Origin: Thermodesulfobacteriota bacterium
GTDB lineage: Bacteria; Desulfobacterota; WTBG01; CAIYCZ01; CAIRTM01
NCBI GenBank assembly: GCA_028278025.1
Contig: JANQFE010000045.1
Span: 658 to 64,657 of the forward strand
Reading direction: 5' to 3'
DNA length: 64,000 nucleotides
The notes under the pieces are model-generated. The model was not told where the DNA came from and did not search any database. It saw only the letters and a program-made list of their open reading frames with translations. Position 1 is the first letter of the stretch; each line of letters starts with the position of its first letter. Below, piece after piece: positions 8,775 to 16,451 of the stretch. The position numbers were made by a program, and so were the translations under genes.

Positions 8775-10005
8775 AAAAATACAATTACATCCGATTGATT
8801 TTTTCCTGAAGCTGAGCAACGAAAAAAATATCTGCTTTTTTAAAAGCACAACTAAAGAGGGCTGGGGCACACTCATTGCCTTTAACCCCGCTGATACGTT
8901 TTCATCCAAAAACGGCAGCAGCAACAGGTTTAATGCATTTATACAACGCAATACACAGCAAGGCCGCAAGCTGGTCGGCTATATTTCATATGATATCGGC
9001 TACGGGCTTCATCACATCAAAAAAACAGCCCGCGATGACCTGCAGCTTCCCGATATCTGCTTCTATGCATTTGAGAATTTTATACTCTTTAAAAATAAGA
9101 TTGCAGAGATTCACTATACGGATCCCGGCTTCCCCGAAACCGTTACGGCAATCAGCCGGCGCAAAAAACAAAACACCTCTGCAGCAAAAAGTGAAAACTT
9201 CACACCTGCAATCACACAAGCCCGGTATGAACGGGCTTACAAAAAAATTAAAAAGTATATATTTGAAGGCGACATCTATCAGATCAACCTGACCCATCGG
9301 CTGGAAGCACGTACCAGCCTGCCTGCGCGTATCCTTTTCACTAAAGTAATTAAGGCAAACCCTGTTGATTTCCTGGCATATATTGAAGGGGACGGCTTTG
9401 AAATACTGAGCGCCTCCCCGGAACGGTTTGTTAAAGTGAAAAACCGCACAATTGAGACCTGTCCCATCAAAGGCACCCGTCCCCGCGGCAGAACCCCGCA
9501 CAGTGATCTGAAATACAAAAAAGAGCTGCTGGAAAATAAAAAGGAGGCGGCCGAGCTCAATATGATAACTGATCTGCTCAGAAATGATCTGGGTAAAGTC
9601 TGTGAAACCGATAGCGTAAAGGTAACCGGCAACAGGCTTTTGAGCAGGTGTCCCACCGTCTGGCACACCTATTCTAAAATTACCGGTAAAATTGCCAAGC
9701 AGTTCACCCCCGTTGATGCGCTTATCTCCATGCTGCCCGGGGGATCAATAACGGGCTGCCCCAAGAAACATGCTATGGAGATCATAGATGAGCTGGAGCC
9801 GACCACCAGGTCTGTTTATACCGGGGTTATCGGCTGCATCGAGCCCAACCTGGATCTGGATTTCAGCATCGCAATCAGGACGATTATCAAAAAAGACGAC
9901 CGGCTGTACCTGCAGGTCGGCGGCGGGATCGTGTATGACTCACGGGAAAAGGCCGAGTTTAAAGAGACCCTGGATAAAGCCAAATCATTTATGAAAATAT
10001 TGTAG
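8764..10005 (+). CDS. pabB: Aminodeoxychorismate synthase component I
   Basis: GDIYQINL, SASPERF, PIKGTRPR, DLLRNDLG, PGGSITGCPK and GGGIV motifs. Confidence 0.92.
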   Translation: MKIKKIQLHPIDFFLKLSNEKNICFFKSTTKEGWGTLIAFNPADTFSSKNGSSNRFNAFIQRNTQQGRKLVGYISYDIGYGLHHIKKTARDDLQLPDICFYAFENFILFKNKIAEIHYTDPGFPETVTAISRRKKQNTSAAKSENFTPAITQARYERAYKKIKKYIFEGDIYQINLTHRLEARTSLPARILFTKVIKANPVDFLAYIEGDGFEILSASPERFVKVKNRTIETCPIKGTRPRGRTPHSDLKYKKELLENKKEAAELNMITDLLRNDLGKVCETDSVKVTGNRLLSRCPTVWHTYSKITGKIAKQFTPVDALISMLPGGSITGCPKKHAMEIIDELEPTTRSVYTGVIGCIEPNLDLDFSIAIRTIIKKDDRLYLQVGGGIVYDSREKAEFKETLDKAKSFMKIL

Positions 10006-10056
10006 ATATCATCAAGGGGCTAAAAGATATCCACCACATCACGTTCCTCTACTCCT

Positions 10057-10542
10057 TTAATCTACAGGGGGCCTGCCTTTTTCCGGGGGGTAGTATTTAC
10101 CTCCCTTTTTATGTTCCTTTCCGTCAAATTTCCTTCTAAATTTTTTAGACCTCGCCTTTATTTTTTCAATATTTAGATCAAATTGTTGCTGCTGGTCTTC
10201 ATCCAGAAGCGCCCTGATTTCCCGGCGGGTCTGCTCAAATACTTTTTTCAGCTCGGGCTTTATCTTTTTCCTAAGCCCCCGCATTCTGTTTCGGGCCTGA
10301 TCGAGAATCTGCTCTATCTGTATGCGCTGCTGCTCGCTTAAATCAATATCCCTGGCAATTTTTTCCAGACGCAGCGGCGGACCGGGAGGCGGGGGGAAAT
10401 GCTCGACATCCTTAAAAAACGGAACCGGTGGACCCTTTATATACAGAAACGTGCCCAGGGCGCCGATACCTGCAAAAAAACCGATAACAAAAACCAGGAT
10501 TATAACTATGCCCGCCTTAAGCATTGTTCTAGTAGTCTTCAT
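10057..10542 (-). CDS. Membrane-anchored Spy/CpxP/ZraP-like helical periplasmic protein
   Basis: N-terminal TM segment, proline-rich linker, LSEQQ and LDEDQQ (LTxxQ-like) motifs. Confidence 0.65.
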   Translation of the reverse strand: MKTTRTMLKAGIVIILVFVIGFFAGIGALGTFLYIKGPPVPFFKDVEHFPPPPGPPLRLEKIARDIDLSEQQRIQIEQILDQARNRMRGLRKKIKPELKKVFEQTRREIRALLDEDQQQQFDLNIEKIKARSKKFRRKFDGKEHKKGGKYYPPEKGRPPVD

Positions 10543-11011
10543 AGTGCACCTCTTCTATAAAAACCGATGACAAAACCAGATCAGTATGTACCTGCATATT
10601 TTCCTCAGAAAACATAATATCCTCGATAGTAAGCACTGCATTGCTTTGAGAAGTATCTTTGGAAACATATGCCAGAGTGCCTGTCAGAAAAAGCAATAGT
10701 GCCGCCATTATCGGCACCAGACGCACGCCTGCCTGCAGCAGCACGTCTGAGATCATACTTTGTTTGTTCCCGGCTTCATGCGCTATAATTTTTTGCCGGA
10801 TCCCTGAAAAAAACCTCTCTGAAGGCCCCGGCGTGTCAACATCATAGGACTTTTGCAAGAGTGAGGACAAGTTGCCGGTGTATGCAAACTGCCGACAGAC
10901 AGAACATGTTTTCAGATGCGCTTCTATCTCGTGCAGCTCCTTCCTGCTCAACAAAGCACCCTTCGCAGACGTTTCCCATTTCTTGCGTACATACGTGCAT
11001 GTGCGTTTCAT
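10529..11011 (-). CDS. Zinc-binding anti-sigma factor
   Basis: HLKTCSVC (HxxxCxxC) motif, single TM segment, overlaps the sigma gene. Confidence 0.8.
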   Translation of the reverse strand: MKRTCTYVRKKWETSAKGALLSRKELHEIEAHLKTCSVCRQFAYTGNLSSLLQKSYDVDTPGPSERFFSGIRQKIIAHEAGNKQSMISDVLLQAGVRLVPIMAALLLFLTGTLAYVSKDTSQSNAVLTIEDIMFSEENMQVHTDLVLSSVFIEEVHYEDY

Positions 11012-11628
11012 AGCGTAACAGCCTTTTTTAAATAAACAGATTCTTTTTTGCCGGATAAACCGGTTAGGGCTTTTACTGCCCGTTTGCGGGCACGAAAATT
11101 AGACACTTTGATATTAACTTGTGACAGCCCCATGGCCTGGGCCGCTTCTTTTATGCTCAGGCCCTCAACCGCTGTCAGCATCAAAACCATTCGCTCTTTG
11201 GGTGACAGCCTGTCCAGAACCTGGTCCATGATATCCCGCAACAGTAGTTTTTTTTCGGGGCTGCAGGAGTCCGGATTGTTGGGGGCCGCACATATAGTAT
11301 CCAGCAGGGCATACTGTTTAGTTGAAAAATCACTTTCAGGATAATCCCTGCGGCTTTTTTGTTTTTTAAGCTCGCGATAGCACATCCGCACTGCTATTAC
11401 GGCAAGCCAGTTTGCAAAGGGGCTTGCCTGGCTGTATGTTCTTAAAGAGGTGTACGCTTTCATAAAAACATCCTGGGCTATATCTTCTACAGTCGGCCTG
11501 TCCCGAAAAAAGCGGCAGATAATCTGAAATACCTTCTGCCAGTGCCGTTTAACGAGCAGGTCAAATGCTTCCCGCTGGCCGGCAAGTGTTCTTTTTACCA
11601 AACCGATATCATCATCGTGCACATTCAT
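11008..11628 (-). CDS. ECF RNA polymerase sigma factor
   Basis: Region 2 (EDIAQDVFMKAY...FANWL) and region 4 (LSPKER...EGLSIKEAA) motifs. Confidence 0.9.
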   Translation of the reverse strand: MNVHDDDIGLVKRTLAGQREAFDLLVKRHWQKVFQIICRFFRDRPTVEDIAQDVFMKAYTSLRTYSQASPFANWLAVIAVRMCYRELKKQKSRRDYPESDFSTKQYALLDTICAAPNNPDSCSPEKKLLLRDIMDQVLDRLSPKERMVLMLTAVEGLSIKEAAQAMGLSQVNIKVSNFRARKRAVKALTGLSGKKESVYLKKAVTL

Positions 11629-11702
11629 ATTTTTTTAATTATATATCGAATAGAGGTCAGTTCAACTACTTTATAGTGTAACGTACTCACAGGAGCGGGA
11701 GA

Positions 11703-11731
11703 AACAAAGGGGGGGTGCGCCCCCCTTTGTT
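11703..11731. terminator. GC hairpin (terminator or mRNA-stabilising element)
   Basis: AACAAAGGGGGG...CCCCCCTTTGTT inverted repeat between the Spy-like gene and the sigma gene. Confidence 0.55.
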
Positions 11732-11752
11732 ATAAGGCTACACACTGCATGG

Positions 11753-12226
11753 CTATCTTCGTCCGCGGCGGCCCTTGCCCCCGCTGCCCTGCTGCTTGCA
11801 CTCCTCAATCTTATCGAGTAACAGCTGGCGCTGCTCAGGTGTTACTATCTGGGAGACGGCCATTTGCGACTGCAACTTAATGGTCCCGATCCGGGATTTG
11901 AGCTCAACCACTTCTGCTATTTTAGCTGCAACTTCAGTTTCATCAATCTCTTCAGCCAGGAGTGCTTTATAAAGCTCAACGGCTATAATCTGTTCTACAA
12001 GTGGTTCAATCTGATTGCAGGTTTCATTTTTAAGCTCTTCCATGGCTGCCTGCTGATCGACTGACAGACCAAGCTCCTGCACGGCTTTCTGCATGCACTT
12101 GGGATTGGGCCTTTGACGCTCGAAATCACAAGGGGGCCCGTGAAATCCTTTTGCAAAACAGAGCTGACATAATGCCGGTCCTAAAAACAAAACTGCTGCT
12201 ATTACTGATACTACCTTCTTTGACAT
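11753..12226 (-). CDS. Spy/CpxP-family periplasmic chaperone
   Basis: Signal peptide, LGLSVDQQ and VTPEQR LTxxQ motifs. Confidence 0.8.
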   Translation of the reverse strand: MSKKVVSVIAAVLFLGPALCQLCFAKGFHGPPCDFERQRPNPKCMQKAVQELGLSVDQQAAMEELKNETCNQIEPLVEQIIAVELYKALLAEEIDETEVAAKIAEVVELKSRIGTIKLQSQMAVSQIVTPEQRQLLLDKIEECKQQGSGGKGRRGRR

Positions 12227-12284
12227 ACTGTAACCTCCTTCTAATGTTTTATTATTTGTACCAGGTCGACCTTTTCATAAATAA

Positions 12285-12312
12285 AGACTTCAATCAGTAC
12301 GAAAAGGTTACA
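12285..12312 (-). promoter_or_regulatory. Putative ECF-type autoregulated promoter
   Basis: Minus strand TGTAACC-N16-AGTCT about 60 nt upstream of the Spy-like gene heading the ECF operon. Confidence 0.45.
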
Positions 12313-12486
12313 ACAAGGTTAATAATTCTCACATTTTTTTAATTCAGATTGACCGCATCTGACAAAACCATAAGCTAAACTTATTGCTAAAAAAGAAACA
12401 ATTTTATTGAAAAACATAACTACTGAAAAAATAGTTGTTTTTTAGGCAAAAGGTACGCTATATACATTCCCGAGGAGGGCCGCGCA

Positions 12487-12764
12487 TGACCGGAAAGATT
12501 ATCACACCTTGTATCACCATTGCGGTGCAACACCACACTCGGGGAAGAACATCCCGGCAATTACAGCACCAACCCTTGCGGCAGCGATTCAATTGTCAAC
12601 CCAGACAGTCCTGCGGAAAGCACCTACAACTCAAAAAGCACAGCAGATGCGGCAGCCTCTTATCACCCGGCAGTATCAACTACTCGTTCGACACCGGGAG
12701 GCCCTATCCTCCTGAGATTTCGAATAATCCGTACGGCAGTGGGCTGCAGATATATGGGAAATAA
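12487..12764 (+). pseudogene. Frameshifted remnant of a small NPYG-repeat protein
   Basis: One frame gives GEEHPGNYSTNPCGSDSIVNP and another gives GSLLSPGSIN...SNNPYGSGLQIYGK: two halves of an SNPY/SINNPYG repeat protein. GGAGG precedes ATG 12487. Confidence 0.5.
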
Positions 12765-12976
12765 AAGAAAAGAAACGGTACGGCTAAAAGCTGACAGTTG
12801 GATATAGTTACAATATGCATTTAATAAATGCCTGACACCAAATTGACCAAATGAGCACTGTTTTCTTTATATTATATAAAGAATTCCTTCAAAACCCCCT
12901 GATTCTTTATATGATATTAAGAATGTGCCGTTTCATTTTATAGGAAAAAACAAATAACCATATATTTAAAATTAAA

Positions 12977-14692
12977 ATGGATTCAACCAGCGTAACAATC
13001 GGGCCTCGTTTTGTAAAACAAAATGCTGCAGGGTTACGGCCTTTTCAGTCCGAGACATTACGTGCAGTTAAGGATTGCTTGCATAAATTAATATTTGTAG
13101 AAGCTCCTGTCGGTGCCGGCAAGAGCTTCGTTTTTAAACTCATCGCAGAGGAACCTGCCTTTCAGAACATTCCGGTTATTTTGACATATCCAACGAAAAT
13201 ATTGCTGGATACACAAGTAGAATCTCTAAAGAAACATTTTAATAACAGCGCTGTCTGGCCTGACGATTCTGATATTTTCCCGATTGATTCTAAGAATGCA
13301 ATAAATATTTTAAAGTATTCCACAGATTCGCTGGTCCAATATATTAAGGAATCACCGGAGAGATTTGAAGCCTTCAAAAACAAGGGTGAGTTGCTACGGT
13401 CAGGACTTTTTGCATTAACATATGGAAAAAGACAACTTTTTGTTACGACACCCGATGTATTGTGGCTGATTTATTCGATGAAATATCGTGGAGCAAAAAT
13501 ATTACAGGCCCAGCTAAATTCCGCGCTGGTTTTTTTTGATGAGTTTCACACATATGCCAACCTGTATAATTTTTATGGTTTGCTTGATAATCTACTGTTT
13601 AAATCGAAGGTAAACAAGATTGTTTTGCTGTCTGCAACGCCGTATTTGAAACAGGAAGCATGGTCTGAGTTTGAAAAAAAAGTCAATCAAAAACAAATTC
13701 CTGTTAGGCATGTGGATTTCGGTAAATCCGAAGCAGATAATGATGGAGCCGTGTTTAATTTTCCTCTTCATCTTAATCTGCGAAATTTTAAATATACCGA
13801 TCGTCATCTTTTACTGAAAAATATCTCTGAGATACTCGATTGTATTCAAACGCCCGCAGCGATTATATTCGATTCCATTTTCAGGTTGAAGCACCTTAAA
13901 AAAGAGATTGAAAAAGCACATTCAGGTTTCGTTTTTCGCGAATGGAGCGGCATGCAAAAGGATACCGACATCCCTGACCTTATTGAACGCCAAGCAAAAG
14001 TTATTGTCCTTGGCACATCAGCAATTGAAGTGGGTGTCAATATGAAATTCCGTTCCCTGATTACTGAATCGTCGACATGGGCAAGTGCTATTCAGAGAAT
14101 CGGACGTGTCGGAAGAATCCCTTATTTGCCGGACGGCGGCATTATGGCAAACGCAGGCCATGTGTATCTTTTTATCAACTCACGGGATACAATGCTGAGC
14201 TTAAAAAACGCTCAAGAATTGTCAAGAAACGAATTTGAAAGCATTCTGCAGGATACGCTGCGAGATAGTGTGGGCGGCATGTCCGGGGGTGAGCTGTTTC
14301 GCGGTGACAGCTATCAGTTCATAATTATCGACTCATATCTTGAGAGGCCCCTGATCTATTCACAGACGCTTTTTTCCATGTACGAGATAGACGAATCACG
14401 TATCATGGAATTTTATGGAACAGAATCGGAAAAAATAGATATTATAAAAAGGACTGGTGTTACGGATAAAGGAGTGATTGAAGAAATTATTCTAAGGGAC
14501 AGGCTGGTTCCGATCTGGGGAATTATTAAGTCGGATGGTCTGAGACAAACATATGACCGTATAACGGACACTCACAAGAGCGGCGACCCTGAAGAAGTGA
14601 CCATTTTCACGGAATCAAACCCTGCAGGATTTCGATTTAGGCGCAGTGGTTTGAAATCTTCAAATACATATCCTGAGGACAGTTTATGGTGA
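12977..14692 (+). CDS. cas3: Type I-D CRISPR helicase Cas3' (no HD domain)
   Basis: APVGAGKS, YPT, DEFH, LSAT, TSAIEVGV and QRIGRVGR motifs; 571 aa; the HD domain is on Cas10d. Confidence 0.88.
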   Translation: MDSTSVTIGPRFVKQNAAGLRPFQSETLRAVKDCLHKLIFVEAPVGAGKSFVFKLIAEEPAFQNIPVILTYPTKILLDTQVESLKKHFNNSAVWPDDSDIFPIDSKNAINILKYSTDSLVQYIKESPERFEAFKNKGELLRSGLFALTYGKRQLFVTTPDVLWLIYSMKYRGAKILQAQLNSALVFFDEFHTYANLYNFYGLLDNLLFKSKVNKIVLLSATPYLKQEAWSEFEKKVNQKQIPVRHVDFGKSEADNDGAVFNFPLHLNLRNFKYTDRHLLLKNISEILDCIQTPAAIIFDSIFRLKHLKKEIEKAHSGFVFREWSGMQKDTDIPDLIERQAKVIVLGTSAIEVGVNMKFRSLITESSTWASAIQRIGRVGRIPYLPDGGIMANAGHVYLFINSRDTMLSLKNAQELSRNEFESILQDTLRDSVGGMSGGELFRGDSYQFIIIDSYLERPLIYSQTLFSMYEIDESRIMEFYGTESEKIDIIKRTGVTDKGVIEEIILRDRLVPIWGIIKSDGLRQTYDRITDTHKSGDPEEVTIFTESNPAGFRFRRSGLKSSNTYPEDSLW

Positions 14693-14701
14693 TATTAAGT
14701 C

Positions 14702-14751
14702 TTGACTTAATAGAAAAAATAAATAAACTTATTTATAAATAAACTTATTTA
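14702..14751 (+). promoter_or_regulatory. Sigma70-like promoter overlapped by a tandem palindromic operator
   Basis: TTGACT-N17-TAAACT. Two exact 16-bp copies of TAAATAAACTTATTTA at 14720-14735 and 14736-14751. Confidence 0.55.
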
Positions 14752-14765
14752 TTTTCTGTATTAAA

Positions 14766-16448
14766 ATGATTCCGACCAGTTATCCTGTCAGCGGCGATGA
14801 TTTTATAAACAGGCGAGAAATCATGGAAAAACTCTTCCTGGCATTCAATTCTCGCCAGAATGTTGCCCTTGTTGGTTTGCGAAGAACGGGGAAAACATCC
14901 ATAGCTAAAGAGCTGTTGAGGGACCTTTGTGAACGGGAGAAGAAGAAAACGGTAAAACTGATATTCGATGTTCAGGAAAACGCCGGCGCGCCCGGCAGGT
15001 TTGCATACCGCCTGCTTATCTCGTTCCTGCGGGCTTTTAAAGAGGAAATGTTTCCCCGCCATGTCCTTGAAACACAGCCGGGCGATTTGCTTGAAATTGC
15101 CTCGCACATAGACAGCACAAGCCTTGATCAGCTCTCAAGATTTTTAACAGCCTATTTCCCGCCTTCAAATGCAGATAATGAGCGCACTGTTTTCGAGAGG
15201 ATATGGCGCTTTCTGGATGAGTTCGCCGTCGAACAGGATATTCAGGTAGCCCTCGTCCTTGATGAGTTCCAGTCAATCAAAGCACTGCAAGCCTACAGGC
15301 AATGCAAGGATATTTTAGGATTACTCCAGGGTATTATATCTTCATCTCAGCGACACATATGGTATTTGTTCACCGGTTCGATGGTCAGTATGATGGATGA
15401 AATCATCGAGGGATCAAAATCACCCTTTTACGGCAGAGTACAGCGTCTTGATGTGGGAAGTTTTACAAAGGAAGACACAATCATTCTGGCAGAAAAAACC
15501 TCTCAAAAACAGTTCAGTGGTGAAGCCATTGAGCTGCTTTGGTTGTTATCGGGGGGTATACCCTATTACATATTGGCAATTGTAAATGAGGCTGTTCATA
15601 TCAGCCAGCGGGCAAGATTCATATCCAGATCAGACATTGAAAACTCTTTTGTTAAGAGCCTTACAAGAGGTGAACTGGGGTCGCATTGTAATTATCTCTT
15701 AAACATCTCTCTGGAACGATCTAAAAAATCAGCTTTACTAAAAGAGGTTATAAAGCTGCTCGCATTCGAGCCCCTTCCTCCCGGCGAGCTGGCAAAAAAA
15801 CTTCGAAAAGAAATCGGCTATACATCCCTTCCTCTGAGAAATTTACAGAATATGGACTTGGTCAGGAAAGAGGGAAAAACATATAAAATTGTCGATTCCA
15901 TTCTTGCCATGTGGCTGAAATATGTTTACTCCTTTGAGGAGCCTTTCCTTGACAAAATACAAAAAGATGTCGACCGAAACTACAATGAATATATTGCGAA
16001 GCTGAAAAAAGAGCGCGGTTTCCTTTTTGAAAGTTATGTACGGGAGCTGCTGGGAAAGTTCGATGGAACCCGTTTGGAAAAAAAGGTTTTGCCACGATTT
16101 GCGTCAGTCGATTCAATCAATATTTTTGATGACGCGGGAATGGTTTTCGACAAGCCGAGCAATGTTGAAATCGACGCATTGTGCATTGGGTATGAAAACT
16201 GGCTATGCGAATTCAGGTTTCGGGGAAAAACTGTGGGCAGCAAGGATATAAAAATCCTTTCCCGAAAAAAAGAGCTTGTCGAAAAAAAATTAAATCTAAA
16301 AATACAAAAGCAGGTGTTTGTCTCCATGTCCGGATTCAGCCATAGTGTTTTGAAACAGCGCACTGTGTGGTGTGTTGGTCAAGCTGCATTGAACACTCTT
16401 TTAAAGAACTTCAGTATGCGCCGGTTGGATCGGCAGGAAGAGGAATAA
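14766..16448 (+). CDS. Archaeal-type AAA ATPase with wHTH and C-terminal PD-(D/E)XK-like domain (ATPase_2/DUF234-like)
   Basis: FINRREI, GLRRTGKTS Walker A, VLDEFQ Walker B, TGS, SPFYGR, GGIPYY, FESYVRE and EIDAL...CEFR motifs. Confidence 0.8.
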   Translation: MIPTSYPVSGDDFINRREIMEKLFLAFNSRQNVALVGLRRTGKTSIAKELLRDLCEREKKKTVKLIFDVQENAGAPGRFAYRLLISFLRAFKEEMFPRHVLETQPGDLLEIASHIDSTSLDQLSRFLTAYFPPSNADNERTVFERIWRFLDEFAVEQDIQVALVLDEFQSIKALQAYRQCKDILGLLQGIISSSQRHIWYLFTGSMVSMMDEIIEGSKSPFYGRVQRLDVGSFTKEDTIILAEKTSQKQFSGEAIELLWLLSGGIPYYILAIVNEAVHISQRARFISRSDIENSFVKSLTRGELGSHCNYLLNISLERSKKSALLKEVIKLLAFEPLPPGELAKKLRKEIGYTSLPLRNLQNMDLVRKEGKTYKIVDSILAMWLKYVYSFEEPFLDKIQKDVDRNYNEYIAKLKKERGFLFESYVRELLGKFDGTRLEKKVLPRFASVDSINIFDDAGMVFDKPSNVEIDALCIGYENWLCEFRFRGKTVGSKDIKILSRKKELVEKKLNLKIQKQVFVSMSGFSHSVLKQRTVWCVGQAALNTLLKNFSMRRLDRQEEE

Positions 16449-16451
16449 ACG

